Source of the DNA: Dehalococcoidia bacterium
GTDB lineage: Bacteria; Chloroflexota; Dehalococcoidia; Lucifugimonadales; UBA3495
Assembly: GCA_030740155.1 (NCBI GenBank)
Contig: JASLXV010000085.1
Location: forward strand, 46,041-110,040
Direction: 5' to 3'
Length of the DNA: 64,000 nt
Every line of letters begins with the position of its first letter. Position 1 is the first letter of the stretch. The notes below the pieces were generated by a model, which was not told the origin of the DNA, did not search any database, and worked only from the letters and a program-made list of their open reading frames with translations. Below, piece by piece: positions 1 through 10,306 of this stretch. The position numbers were made by a program, and so were the translations under genes.

Positions 1-93
1 ACCCGATGACTCCTCAGAGTTCCCGGCGTCCGGAGGCCATTCAGCCGCGGCATATCATGATAAGATTAGGCACAACTATCTAGGAGAATCACC

Positions 94-1566
94 TTGGCTG
101 AAGCCGTCCGCGTCAGGTTCGCCCCCAGTCCCACCGGTTTGCCTCACATCGGCAACATCCGCACGGCCCTGTTCAATTGGCTCTTTGCCCGGCATCACGG
201 CGGCAAGTTCATAGTGCGGGTCGAAGATACCGACCAGGACCGGCTGGTACCCGGGGCGGTGGATGCCGTACTGGAATCCCTGGAATGGCTGCACCTGGAC
301 TGGGACGAGGGCCCACGGGTAGGCGGCCCTTTCGCTCCCTACCGCCAATCCGAGCGCCTGGACACCTACCGGCGAATGGCCGAGCAAATGATTGAAAAGG
401 GGCGCGCCTACCGCTGCTACTGTAGCGAGGACCGCCTGCTACAGATGCGGGAAGAGCAGCAACGGCTGAAGCGATCATCCGGATATGACCGCCGTTGTCG
501 CCACCTGGACCCGGAAGAGCGCCGGACTCTGGAGGCAGATGGCGGGCCGTCGGTAATTCGGTTCGCCATGCGGCTTTCCGGCACTACCAGAGTCCGCGAC
601 ATTATCCACGGGGACGTGGAGTGGCAGAACGAACTGCTGGACGATTTCGTCCTTTTGAAGTCCGACGGCTTTCCCACTTACCACCTGGCGGTGGTGGTGG
701 ACGACCACTTGATGGAGATCAGCCACGTCCTGCGGGCCGAGGAATGGCTGCCCAGTACGCCGCGCCACCTGCAAATCTACGAGGCTTTGGGCTTCGACCC
801 GCCCCGGTTCGGCCACCTGCCCATGATCTTGGGCCCGGACCGTTCCAAGCTGTCCAAGCGCCATGGGGCTACTGCACTTTTGGAATATCGCGACGAAGGG
901 TTCCTGCCCGAGGCCGTGGCCAACTTCTTGCTTCTGCTGGGCTGGTCGCTGGATGACAAGACGGAGATCATGGGGCCTGAAGCCGCCATAGAGGGTTTTT
1001 CCCTGGAACGGGTGAGCCGGTCCGCGGCAATTTTCGACCACGACAAGTTGACGTGGATGAACGGGGTGTACATCCGGCAGCTCTCGGTTGAGGAGCTGGC
1101 AGACCGGTTGCTGCCAATTCTTCAACAGGGCTTGCCTGCCGTCCTGCCGCCGGTGAGCCGGGACCAACTGCTTCGTATCGTCCCTCTGATCCAGCAGCGG
1201 ACCAAGCTGCTCTCGGAGGCGGTGGACTTGACCTCCTACTTTTTCCAGGCCGAAGTGGAATACGATCCTCTCAATCTGGTGCAGAAGGGCATGGACCGGG
1301 AGAGCGCCCTGGCGGCGCTGGGGGCTGCCAAGGAAGGATTGGCCAAGGTCGCCCAGTTTGAGCACGAAGCCATGGAAGAGCTGCTGCGGGCCGAGGCGTC
1401 TCGCCTGGGCCTCTCGGCGCGCCAGTTTTTCGGCACGCTCCGGGTGGCCGCCACCGGCCGGGAGACATCGCCGCCGCTGTTTGAGACAATGGAGGTCCTG
1501 GGCCGGCAGCGGGTGCTCGCGCGCGTCGGGTCCGCGATCGAGCGGCTAAATGCTGTCCCGCATTAG
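94..1566 (+). CDS. gltX: Glutamate--tRNA ligase
   Basis: RVRFAPSPTG, PHIGN (HIGH-like) and KLSKR (KMSKS-like) motifs; C-terminal anticodon domain with SPPLF; TTG start after AGGAG. Confidence 0.97.
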   Translation: MAEAVRVRFAPSPTGLPHIGNIRTALFNWLFARHHGGKFIVRVEDTDQDRLVPGAVDAVLESLEWLHLDWDEGPRVGGPFAPYRQSERLDTYRRMAEQMIEKGRAYRCYCSEDRLLQMREEQQRLKRSSGYDRRCRHLDPEERRTLEADGGPSVIRFAMRLSGTTRVRDIIHGDVEWQNELLDDFVLLKSDGFPTYHLAVVVDDHLMEISHVLRAEEWLPSTPRHLQIYEALGFDPPRFGHLPMILGPDRSKLSKRHGATALLEYRDEGFLPEAVANFLLLLGWSLDDKTEIMGPEAAIEGFSLERVSRSAAIFDHDKLTWMNGVYIRQLSVEELADRLLPILQQGLPAVLPPVSRDQLLRIVPLIQQRTKLLSEAVDLTSYFFQAEVEYDPLNLVQKGMDRESALAALGAAKEGLAKVAQFEHEAMEELLRAEASRLGLSARQFFGTLRVAATGRETSPPLFETMEVLGRQRVLARVGSAIERLNAVPH

Positions 1567-1587
1567 AATGGAAAGAGGACACTGAGT

Positions 1588-3288
1588 ATGACCATGCCCG
1601 AAACTCACCCTTCCGCCGATTTCGTACGGAGCATCGTGGCGGAGGACCTGAAGAATAACAAAAACGGCGGCCGCGTCGTGACCCGGTTCCCTCCCGAACC
1701 GAACGGCTACCTGCATATCGGCCACGCTAAGTCCGTCTGCCTCAATTTCGGCATCGCCCGCGAAAACCAGGGTGTCTGCCACCTGCGGTTCGACGACACC
1801 AATCCTACCAAGGAAGCGCTGGAATACGTTGAATCCATCCAGGAGGACGTGCGCTGGCTTGGTTGGGATTGGGATGATCATTTGTACTTTGCTTCAGACT
1901 ACTTTGAAACTTTGTATGATTATGCGGTGAAGTTAATCAAAGCGGCGAAGGCCTATGTTTGCTGTTTGAGCCCCCAAGAGATCAGGGATTACCGGGGTAC
2001 CCTGACCGAGCCGGGGAAGGACAGCCCATACCGGGACCGCCCGATGGAAGAGAACCTGGACCTGTTCGGCCGGATGCGGGCCGGGGAGTTTGAAGAGGGC
2101 AGCCACGTGCTCCGGGCCAAGATCGACATGGCGTCCCCCAACTTGAACCTGCGCGACCCCGTCATCTACCGGATTCTCAAGGCTTCACACCATAGAACCG
2201 GGGACCAATGGTGCGCCTACCCCACCTACGACTTCACCCACGGCCAGTCGGACTCCATCGAAGGTATCACCCATTCAATTTGCACGTTGGAATTCGAAGA
2301 CCATAGGCCCCTGTACGATTGGTTCCTCGATGCATTGGGTATCTTTCATCCCCAGCAGATCGAGTTCGCCCGGCTCAACCTAACCTACACGGTGTTGAGC
2401 AAGCGGAAGCTGGTGGAGCTGGTGGAGGGAGGGTACGTCACCGGCTGGAACGACCCGCGGATGCCCACGGTGTGCGGCCTCCGGAGGCGCGGCTACACCC
2501 CGGAGGCGATCCGCAACTTCTGCGAGCGGATTGGTGTGGCCAAGCGGGATAGCGTAGTGGAAGTCGCGCTGCTGGAGCACCATCTAAGGGAAGACTTGAA
2601 CCGGCGGTCTCCCCGGGTCATGGCCGTGCTGCGGCCGCTGCGGTTGGTCATCGACAACTACCCGGAAGGTCAGGTGGAGGAACTGGAGAGCCAGAACAAT
2701 CCGGAGGACCCCGGCATGGGGTCGAGAAAGATCCCGTTCTCGCGGGTGGTGTACATCGAGCAGGAGGATTTTCGCGAGGACCCGCCGAATAAATACTTCC
2801 GCTTGGCCCCCGGCCGGGAGATACGCCTGAAGGACGCCTACTACGTTACCTGCGTGGACGTGGTCAAGGACGACTCGACCGGCGAGGTGCTCGAGGTGCA
2901 TTGCACCTATGACCCGGAGACGCGGGGAGGGCGTTCCCAAGACGGACGCCGGGTCAGAGGAACGTCCCATTGGGTCTCCGAGGCCCACTCCGTGGAAGCC
3001 GAGGTCCGCCTCTACGACCGCCTTCTCCTGAAGGCGGATCCCAGCGAAGATGATGACGGGGCGGACTACAAAGACTACTTGAACCCGAACTCGCTGGAGA
3101 CGCTGACCGGGTGCCGCGTTGAGCCGGGTCTGGCCGGCGCCGCGCCGGGTAGTCTCTTCCAGTTCCTGCGCCAGGGCTACTTCTGTGTCGATTCTGTCGA
3201 CTCCACCCCCGGGGCCCTGGTCTTCAACCGAACCGTGCCACTCCGCGACTCCTGGGCCAAAATGGAAAAGGCCGGCAAGGGAATCTAG
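1588..3288 (+). CDS. glnS: Glutamine--tRNA ligase
   Basis: [49 protein letters not shown] motifs; 21 bp after gltX. Confidence 0.96.
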   Translation: MTMPETHPSADFVRSIVAEDLKNNKNGGRVVTRFPPEPNGYLHIGHAKSVCLNFGIARENQGVCHLRFDDTNPTKEALEYVESIQEDVRWLGWDWDDHLYFASDYFETLYDYAVKLIKAAKAYVCCLSPQEIRDYRGTLTEPGKDSPYRDRPMEENLDLFGRMRAGEFEEGSHVLRAKIDMASPNLNLRDPVIYRILKASHHRTGDQWCAYPTYDFTHGQSDSIEGITHSICTLEFEDHRPLYDWFLDALGIFHPQQIEFARLNLTYTVLSKRKLVELVEGGYVTGWNDPRMPTVCGLRRRGYTPEAIRNFCERIGVAKRDSVVEVALLEHHLREDLNRRSPRVMAVLRPLRLVIDNYPEGQVEELESQNNPEDPGMGSRKIPFSRVVYIEQEDFREDPPNKYFRLAPGREIRLKDAYYVTCVDVVKDDSTGEVLEVHCTYDPETRGGRSQDGRRVRGTSHWVSEAHSVEAEVRLYDRLLLKADPSEDDDGADYKDYLNPNSLETLTGCRVEPGLAGAAPGSLFQFLRQGYFCVDSVDSTPGALVFNRTVPLRDSWAKMEKAGKGI

Positions 3289-3724
3289 CACCTCTTTCCA
3301 GTACCGCCACAATGTGAATGTGATGGTTGCGGGTTGACCCCCTCTTGGATATCCCCATTCGCAAAAGGGACAGAACCGTTCCTTCCCCTTCCGCGGAGGA
3401 ACGCTAGGAAGGGGGGTCTTGGGCAAGCACCAGCCCTACCCGTGAGGGGTGCTGCCTAACTCGGCGGGGTGGAAACTTTTTCCGATGCCGCCGATTTGCG
3501 GAGGTCCTCCGATCCGGCTGGCAGGCTATCCGCGCCTCCGCCTGGACGGCTTTCCCCCTCGTCCCTCTTACGGCCCAACTCGGTTGCGGTGGGCAATCTT
3601 CCAGGCGCGTTTTGGCTCGGCTGAAGGTTGAGTTAGATACGGAAGTTGAACAATTGCTAGAAGTGGTTTAAGAGAAATGTTCAAAAAGATTTTAGGAATT
3701 GCTAAGAATTCATCGATTTCTGCC

Positions 3725-3754
3725 TTGACAACGGGTATGTCTCTCTCCCATTAT
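3725..3754 (+). promoter_or_regulatory. Putative sigma70 promoter TTGACA-N18-CATTAT in an AT-rich intergenic region
   Basis: Perfect -35 at 3725-3730 and CATTAT at 3749-3754, preceded by an AT-rich tract (3640-3720). Confidence 0.45.
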
Positions 3755-4086
3755 CGTTGTTGAACTATAAGGGGGTAATGCCGGGGGCATCCGGTAGACA
3801 TAATATGCCCCGGCTGGGCCGTCCCTTCGGCCGGCAGAGCGGCGTCGGCCAAAAGGAATCGGATCAGAGGAGGTGGCCACTGAGCAAAGTACATGGCTTT
3901 TTCAAGGACAGGCGCATCGGCTGGAAAGGCTGGTGCTAGGCCCCGTCGGGAAACGTCCCTCAACATCAATGTTGCCTTCATAACATTTGTAGATACCATA
4001 CGTCATCATAGATATTAGTCCTTCTTCCTGGAATGGGGATAGCTTCGACGGGTGCGAGATTTAAGCAATTTTTGCGAAGGGATTGG

Positions 4087-4926
4087 GTGAATAAGATGAT
4101 GTCGACAGCTGTCAAGATCATCAGTGATGGTGTCATCAAGCTAGATGGCGGTTCAATGTTTGGGCAGGTGCCCAAAATGGCCTGGGAAAACAACGTGGTT
4201 ACCGACCGAAAGAACCGGATGACACTAGGGCTGAACTGCACGCTGCTTCAAGTTTGTGGACGCAACGTGCTGGTGGATGCGGGAGTCGGGTCGAAAGACG
4301 CCGACAATGACAAGGAAACCCTGGGACTGGTTCCCAGCCGGCTGCTCAAAGGCCTCAAGGCGATGGGGCTAACTCCCAAAGATATCCATGCAGTAGTTCT
4401 TTCTCACCTTCATTTTGATCATAGCGGCGGTTGCACCCGGCTGGACCGCGCGGGCAACGTGATGCCCACCTTCCCGAAAGCCACCTACTACGTTCAACAG
4501 GCCTGTTGGGACGAGGCCCGTCACCCCAACGAGCGCTGCCACGCGATACACCGGGCGGATAACTTCCTGCCCATCGAGGAGCGAGGCCAACTGGAGTTGC
4601 TGGATGGGGACACGGAGATATTCCCCGGGCTGAACGTGATCGTGACCGACGGCCACGCCAAAGGCCATCAAATGGTAATGTTCAATCACGGTGGAGAGAG
4701 GGTGGTCTTCTTGGGAGACATTGTCCCCACGCCGCATCACCTGAACCTGCCGGTGATCTCCGCCTTCGACAGCTCTCCTGAGGTGACCCTGGAGCAGAAG
4801 CGCGACCTGCTGAGCCAGGCGGAGCGCCAGGGCTGGCTGTTGGTCTTCTACCACGGGAATGACACCAAGGCGGGTTATCTGGAACGGAGGGGTGACGCAA
4901 ACTATCTGCGGCCCGTCGCGTTGTAA
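4087..4926 (+). CDS. MBL-fold metallo-hydrolase (YtnP-like lactonase family); start uncertain (4033/4087/4096)
   Basis: LDGGSMFG-VPK N-terminal motif, SHLHFDHSGG metal motif, GHAKGHQ, FLGD, YH. Confidence 0.88.
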   Translation: MNKMMSTAVKIISDGVIKLDGGSMFGQVPKMAWENNVVTDRKNRMTLGLNCTLLQVCGRNVLVDAGVGSKDADNDKETLGLVPSRLLKGLKAMGLTPKDIHAVVLSHLHFDHSGGCTRLDRAGNVMPTFPKATYYVQQACWDEARHPNERCHAIHRADNFLPIEERGQLELLDGDTEIFPGLNVIVTDGHAKGHQMVMFNHGGERVVFLGDIVPTPHHLNLPVISAFDSSPEVTLEQKRDLLSQAERQGWLLVFYHGNDTKAGYLERRGDANYLRPVAL

Positions 4927-4961
4927 TCCGCTAGCTTCCTGGTATTCCCCCGGTCGGGGTA

Positions 4962-5007
4962 CGGCGGCTGTCTCGCTTTGACTCTCTGAAGCGCAAGACA
5001 GCCGCCG
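4962..5007. terminator. GC-rich hairpin between convergent genes
   Basis: CGGCGGCTGTCT (4962-4973) pairs perfectly with AGACAGCCGCCG (4996-5007); no clear U-tract. Confidence 0.45.
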
Positions 5008-5100
5008 CTGCATTTAGGGGCAGGTCGGCCCTGGCCGGCCGATGCTGATGCATTGCTCGGAGAATAGCCCTGCATCGGCGAATTTGTGCAACACCCCCCC

Positions 5101-5260
5101 CCGTCTTTCCGGCGAAGGCCGGAACCCAGAGAAGCGTGGAGTGGACCCCGGCGTTCGCCGGGGTGACGGATTGGATACCGGGCCAGTTACGAGATACTTG
5201 CCCTGGCGATCTCCCGCGTCATCCCCACGGCCGTCTTTCCGGTGAAAGATGGAATCCAGA
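5101..5260. repeat. REP-like palindromic element (CGTC..TCCGGCGAAGGCCGGAA.CCAG type) plus a partial second copy
   Basis: ccgtctttccggcgaaggccggaacccag...ggaccccggcgttcgccggggtgacgg (5101-5169); the left half recurs at 5231-5260; related sequence near 32291-32340. Confidence 0.6.
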
Positions 5261-5305
5261 TCGGCGCCAACTGGACCCGGGTCTTCAATAGGCGGGCGGC
5301 CCGGG

Positions 5306-6682
5306 TCACGACGCCAGCGTGGTTACCGAATCTCCGGCAAGGCCGACCAGCCGCGCCGGAGCGATCGTGTTGCGCAGGTCCCTCCGGTCTTCGGTACTGA
5401 CCCGGATGTAGTTATCCGTCAGTCCGCTCCATATCGGTACGGCACCGCTTTCCCGCGCCACTTCCCACAGCACGGGCCGGGTCTGCCCCAGTTGTTTATG
5501 ACGAAAGGCCTCGAAACCCCCGGCCGCGACCTCGAGCATTTCCGCGGTCCGGGCCTTCTTCACGAGGTCCGGGACGTTCACGGCAAGGTAGGCGGCGCTG
5601 GTCCCCGGTCTGGAGGAGTAAGGGAAGATGTGCATGTCACTGAACTGCATGGATTGGGCGAAGCTATGGCTCTCGCGGAACTCGCTATCTCCTTCACCGG
5701 GAAACCCCACGATCAGGTCGGTGGTGATTCCGGCGTCGGGGACCTCCTGCCGGACCAACTCCACGGTGCGGGCGAAGTGCTCCGTATCATAACGACGCCG
5801 CATCGCCGCCAATATTCGGTCGCTCCCGCTCTGCAACGGCACGTGGAAGTGGGGGCACAGACGGCGGTCCGCCCACAGCTTCAGCAGTTCCGGGGTGATC
5901 TCCTGGGCCTGCAGAGAAGAAACCCTGATGCGGGGCACGGCGCTCTCCGCCAGGATGCGCCGCAATAGATCAATGAGGCTGGCCCCGGCGATGTCGTAGC
6001 CGTAGGTCCCCAATTGGGTCCCGGTGAGGACGACCTCCCGGCAACCCTGGTCCACCCGGTGAATAATCTGCTGAACCACGGTGTCCGGAGGGACGCTGCG
6101 CTCGCGTCCCCGCACTTTGGGCACGATGCAATAGGCGCAGACCTGGCCGCACCCCTCTTGGATCTTGATCATCGCCCGGCTGCGCCCGGAGGCGGACCGA
6201 ACGGTGTCGGCTTCGAGTTGGTCCCGTTCCTCCCCGGCAGGCCTCGCCTCCGGGGGATCCTGGGAAGGTTCGCTCCGCGAGCCGCCGCGACAGGCGAGGG
6301 TGGCGGTGACGGCCGAGACCAACTGGTCTTTCCGAGTGTTGCCTATCACCAGGATCGCCGGACCCAACCTCTCGAGGTCGTGGGCGGCCCGTTCGGCATA
6401 GCAACCGGTGGCGACGATGAGGGACTTCTGGTTGTCGCGCCGGGCGGCCCGCAAGGCCTGTCGGGCTTTGGCGTCGGCCGTCGCGGTGACCGTGCAGGTG
6501 TTCAGCACCAAGACATCGGCGCCGGCCGGCCATTCGACGATCTGGTATCCGGCTTCAGCGAAATACCGGGCCAGCGTTTCACTGTCGGCCTGGTTCAATT
6601 TGCATCCGTGGGTGTGGATGGCCACCGTGCCGCGATAGCCACCAGCCGCGGATCGCACCGCCGACGGATTAGTCTGGGTCAT
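5306..6682 (-). CDS. mtaB: tRNA t6A37 methylthiotransferase (radical SAM, MtaB-type)
   Basis: HTHGCKLNQADS, LNTCTVT, TGCYA, KIQEGCGQVCAYC (CxxxCxxC), HFHVPLQSGSD, FPYSSRPGT, GLTDNY. Confidence 0.92.
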   Translation of the reverse strand: MTQTNPSAVRSAAGGYRGTVAIHTHGCKLNQADSETLARYFAEAGYQIVEWPAGADVLVLNTCTVTATADAKARQALRAARRDNQKSLIVATGCYAERAAHDLERLGPAILVIGNTRKDQLVSAVTATLACRGGSRSEPSQDPPEARPAGEERDQLEADTVRSASGRSRAMIKIQEGCGQVCAYCIVPKVRGRERSVPPDTVVQQIIHRVDQGCREVVLTGTQLGTYGYDIAGASLIDLLRRILAESAVPRIRVSSLQAQEITPELLKLWADRRLCPHFHVPLQSGSDRILAAMRRRYDTEHFARTVELVRQEVPDAGITTDLIVGFPGEGDSEFRESHSFAQSMQFSDMHIFPYSSRPGTSAAYLAVNVPDLVKKARTAEMLEVAAGGFEAFRHKQLGQTRPVLWEVARESGAVPIWSGLTDNYIRVSTEDRRDLRNTIAPARLVGLAGDSVTTLAS

Positions 6683-7061
6683 CCTGGGGTACCATCTCCC
6701 AAAGCCGCTCCACCGCCGAGCTGATGTCTTCGAGTACCGGAACCAGGCGGTCCACCCGGTAACGCAGCTCTCGGACCCGCTCGACCCAGTCGGCGAAGGT
6801 ACTCAAATGGGTGAACGCGTCCCGGATGCGCCGGTCCCGATGTTCCAGGCCCAGTTGGGTGGCGTACTCCCGCACCGCCTCTTGGCCCTCGATCTGTTCC
6901 GCCCGGCTCAGGGCCACCCCTTTCACGGCCAGGGTAAGGCTGCCCCAAAGGAAGTCCTCGGTGCGCGACCAGCGGCCCCCACGCATCTCGTCGAACGCGC
7001 TATCCAGGTATTGGAAGCTCTGTCTGCGGTAGCGGCGGATTCGTTGGCGGTCCACGGCCAT
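6669..7061 (-). CDS. Small helical protein resembling the PaREP1/HEPN-fold family
   Basis: YLDSAFDEMRGGRWSRTEDFLWGSLTLAVKGVA resembles the PaREP1 pattern; overlaps the mtaB start by 14 nt. Start uncertain. Confidence 0.55.
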   Translation of the reverse strand: MAVDRQRIRRYRRQSFQYLDSAFDEMRGGRWSRTEDFLWGSLTLAVKGVALSRAEQIEGQEAVREYATQLGLEHRDRRIRDAFTHLSTFADWVERVRELRYRVDRLVPVLEDISSAVERLWEMVPQDDPD

Positions 7062-7238
7062 TGCTTTTTCGTCTTCGCGGCGTCGGTGAGAGCCGGCTGC
7101 GGTATTTGCCACGCTGGACGTGGTGGCGTGCCAATTTATTCTAGCATGAGTTCACGGCTCCGGAGGGGAACCACTCGTTTATCTGCGTCCGCGCAACTAC
7201 GAATCCGGGCCGGGACCAGGCCAAGGAGGGATCGCTCT

Positions 7239-8891
7239 TCATCGGGCCGGATGGCCGGATCCCGGAGGCGGAATTTGGAACGGCGGCAACAGGACGGGCA
7301 GGGGCACCTCGATGACCACCGGCCGCTGGGCGCGGAGGGCGCTGCGGAGGGCATCTCCCAGCTCCTGGTGGCCGGAGAGCTTCACCCCCTGTGCACCGTA
7401 AACCTCCGCCAGTTGGGAGAAACTGGGGTTGTGGAGCCTGGTCCCGATGGCCCGTCCGCCGAGGCGGTCCCGCTGCTCGCTGTAGGACGCGCCTAGGGCC
7501 CCGTTGTTGAACACCAGGGTGACGGCGTTAATCTCCTCCTGCACCGCGGTGGCCAGCTCGCTGGAGGCGTACCCGAACCCGCCGTCTCCGCTGGTGGCCA
7601 CCACCTGCCGGTGAGGGTTGCCCACCTTAGCTCCCAGAGCCGTGGGGAAGGCGTAGCCCAGGGTGGCGAAGTACCCCGAGGTGATGTAGGAGCGGGGCTT
7701 GAGGACCGGGAACGCCAGGTGGCTCCAATACCCGATCTCGGTGGTGCCGCTGATCAGGATGGCGTCGTCGTCCAGCTCCCGGCGGATGGTCTCTATGATC
7801 TCGACCTGCAAGGGAGCTATCTCCTTGATCTTCTGGTAAGAATCCTGCCGGATCGAGGTCAGTTCCCCGCCGGTCCACTGGCTGGACCCGGTGGCGCCTC
7901 CCAGCTCGTTCAGCAGCGCCTGCAGGGCCAGCCGTCCGTCGGCGGTTATGCCCACGGCCAGGGGTAGGTTGCGGCCCACCTCCTCGGGGTCGGCGTCGAT
8001 TTGGATTAGCTTCTGATGGGGCTGAATGCCCCAGGGGAGCTTTGGCGCAAAGTGCATCCGGCTGCCCACGGCCAGGATCACGTCCGCTTGGGGCAGCACC
8101 TGGTGTCCGGGACCGTGGGCGTAATAATAGGCGCCCAGGGACAGGGGGTTGTCTTCTGGAATGGCGCCTTTCCCCTGAGCCGTGGTGATTACCGGGGCAT
8201 TCAGGGCCTGGGCCAGTCCCAAGAGTTCTGCCGAGAGGCCGGCCTCACGGGACCCGCCTCCGGCCCAGATCAGCGGACGCCGCGCTTCGGCCAGTAGCCG
8301 GGCAGCTTCCTTTATGTCCGGCGGCTCCGGGTGCTGCTTGGCAAAGACCTCCCGCTCCGGCAGCTCCGCCTCGGCGGTCGCCGGTAGGACGTCCCACGGT
8401 ATCTCGATCTCCACCGGCCGCGGTCTCCCGGTTGACAGGTGCTGCATGGCGGTGTGGACCAGTCCGGGTATCTCTTCTACCCGGGAGGTGCGGGCACACC
8501 ACTTGGTGATCTGCCGGAACACCTCCATCTGTTCCCCGATTTCGTGGAGGGCGCCCCGGTTTTCTCCCAGGTTGTAGCTTTCGATCTGGCCGCAGATCAG
8601 GAGCACCGGCGACGAGGTGGCGTAGGCGGTACCCAGTCCGGCGGTGGCGTTGAGGGCCCCCGGTCCGGGAACGACCAGGCCGACACCTGGCCGGCCGGTG
8701 GTGCGGGCGTAGCCGTCGGCCATGTAGGTAACCGATTGCTCGTGGCGCACCAGCACCAAGCGGATGGCAGGCTCGTCGTACAACGCGTCGAAGGCGTCCA
8801 TTATCTGAACGCCGGGAAGGGCGAAGACCACGCCGACGCCCTCGCGGGCCAGTGAACGAATTAAAGCCTGGGCGCCGCTCATCATCGGCAT
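7239..8891 (-). CDS. Thiamine pyrophosphate-binding protein (acetolactate synthase-like superfamily, substrate unknown)
   Basis: VRHEQ, MADGYAR, PGPGALN, GDGGF...FNNG ThDP motif. Confidence 0.9.
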   Translation of the reverse strand: MPMMSGAQALIRSLAREGVGVVFALPGVQIMDAFDALYDEPAIRLVLVRHEQSVTYMADGYARTTGRPGVGLVVPGPGALNATAGLGTAYATSSPVLLICGQIESYNLGENRGALHEIGEQMEVFRQITKWCARTSRVEEIPGLVHTAMQHLSTGRPRPVEIEIPWDVLPATAEAELPEREVFAKQHPEPPDIKEAARLLAEARRPLIWAGGGSREAGLSAELLGLAQALNAPVITTAQGKGAIPEDNPLSLGAYYYAHGPGHQVLPQADVILAVGSRMHFAPKLPWGIQPHQKLIQIDADPEEVGRNLPLAVGITADGRLALQALLNELGGATGSSQWTGGELTSIRQDSYQKIKEIAPLQVEIIETIRRELDDDAILISGTTEIGYWSHLAFPVLKPRSYITSGYFATLGYAFPTALGAKVGNPHRQVVATSGDGGFGYASSELATAVQEEINAVTLVFNNGALGASYSEQRDRLGGRAIGTRLHNPSFSQLAEVYGAQGVKLSGHQELGDALRSALRAQRPVVIEVPLPVLLPPFQIPPPGSGHPAR

Positions 8892-9065
8892 GGCACTCCT
8901 CGGCGGGAACTGGTTATCAGGTTCGTTGAATCACCCAGGGAAGCTGCATCTCATGATAGACGAACGGCCTCGCCTGTCAACCGGACCCGAAGGCTGGTTG
9001 CCAAAAGGACGGGGGAATGGCAACATAAGTGCCAGACCAAGAACGCAACGCGGTGGGAGACGACT

Positions 9066-10271
9066 GTGCCAGGTCCGAACAGTTTTCGCATCTCAGGGTA
9101 CTCGATTCGAGTCCATGCCGGGGACGACGCCATCGCCCGGCTGAGCGATGAGGCGGATCGAGCCCGGGCCAAGCGGGTTTTCGTGGTGTGCGGCCAGTCG
9201 GTGGCTCACCGAACTGATTTGCTGAACCGGGTAAGAGACGTGCTGGGAGGCCGGCTGGCCGGCGTGTTCGACGGCGCCCAGACCGGCTCGCCCGTTCCCT
9301 CGGTGACGAAGGGCGCGGCCATGGCGGCTGAAGCCGGTGCGGACCTCATTGTCGCCGTGGGCGGAGGCAGCGCCGTCGTCACCGCCCGGGCCATCACCAT
9401 CCTTCTCGCCGAAGGGGGCACGGCCCGCGACCACGCCACTAAGTACCCGCAAGGCCTGCCACCGGTCAGCCCGCGCCTGATGCAGCCAAAAATTCCCAAT
9501 GTCCTGGTGTTGACCACTCCCACCACGGCGGCAACCCGGGCGGGCACGGCGGTTATCGACCCGGAGACGGGACACCGGCTGGAATTGTTTGACCCCAAGA
9601 CCCGCCCGGCCGCTTTGATATGGGACACGAGGGCTCTGCTGACCGCGCCTCCTTCGCTCTGCGTGAGCGCCGCGGCCTCCTGCTACAGCGGAGTGGTGGG
9701 GGCCTTGCAATCCCGTGAGAGACTGAACCCGCTGGCCGGGGGGGACCTGGTTCAGGCGTTGCGGCTGCTCCAGGAGAACCTGCCGCTTGTGGCGCTGCGG
9801 CCGGACGCCGGGGAGGTGCGGCTCAACCTGTCCGCCGCCGCCTTCCTGTACAATCGTGCCGGAGACAGTGGCGCGGGCGGGAGCGCGGTTGGAGTGGTGA
9901 GCGCCATGGCCCACTCCCTGGATACGCGCTACCCGGAGTGCGACCACGGTGCGGCCTACGCCATCCTCACGGCGCCGGGGATGCGGTTCAACCGGGATCA
10001 CAACCTTGCCGGGCAAGCCCGGCTGGCCTCTGTAATGGGTGTGCGGCAGCATTCAATGGAAAACGATGCTGCCGCCAGAGCGGCCGCGGATGCCGTGGCC
10101 CAGACCTTCAACTCTCTCGGGTTGCCGGCTCGGCTAAGCCAGGTGGGAGTAGGCGAGGAAGGAGTGAAGCTGTTGGCGGAGGACACGATGACCGACTTCG
10201 CCTTGCACCGTAACGTCCGGCCGGTCAAAGAGGTCTCCGAGTTGGAGGAGCTGCTGCGGGAGATTTGGTGA
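9066..10271 (+). CDS. Iron-containing alcohol dehydrogenase-fold protein with degenerate metal ligands
   Basis: VAVGGGS, PTT, MAHSL, HG, LGLPARL, NVRP match the Fe-ADH fold. Confidence 0.8.
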   Translation: MPGPNSFRISGYSIRVHAGDDAIARLSDEADRARAKRVFVVCGQSVAHRTDLLNRVRDVLGGRLAGVFDGAQTGSPVPSVTKGAAMAAEAGADLIVAVGGGSAVVTARAITILLAEGGTARDHATKYPQGLPPVSPRLMQPKIPNVLVLTTPTTAATRAGTAVIDPETGHRLELFDPKTRPAALIWDTRALLTAPPSLCVSAAASCYSGVVGALQSRERLNPLAGGDLVQALRLLQENLPLVALRPDAGEVRLNLSAAAFLYNRAGDSGAGGSAVGVVSAMAHSLDTRYPECDHGAAYAILTAPGMRFNRDHNLAGQARLASVMGVRQHSMENDAAARAAADAVAQTFNSLGLPARLSQVGVGEEGVKLLAEDTMTDFALHRNVRPVKEVSELEELLREIW

Positions 10272-10306
10272 GGGGCTTCCTTCCAAGAACCCGACCAAGA
10301 GGGAAA

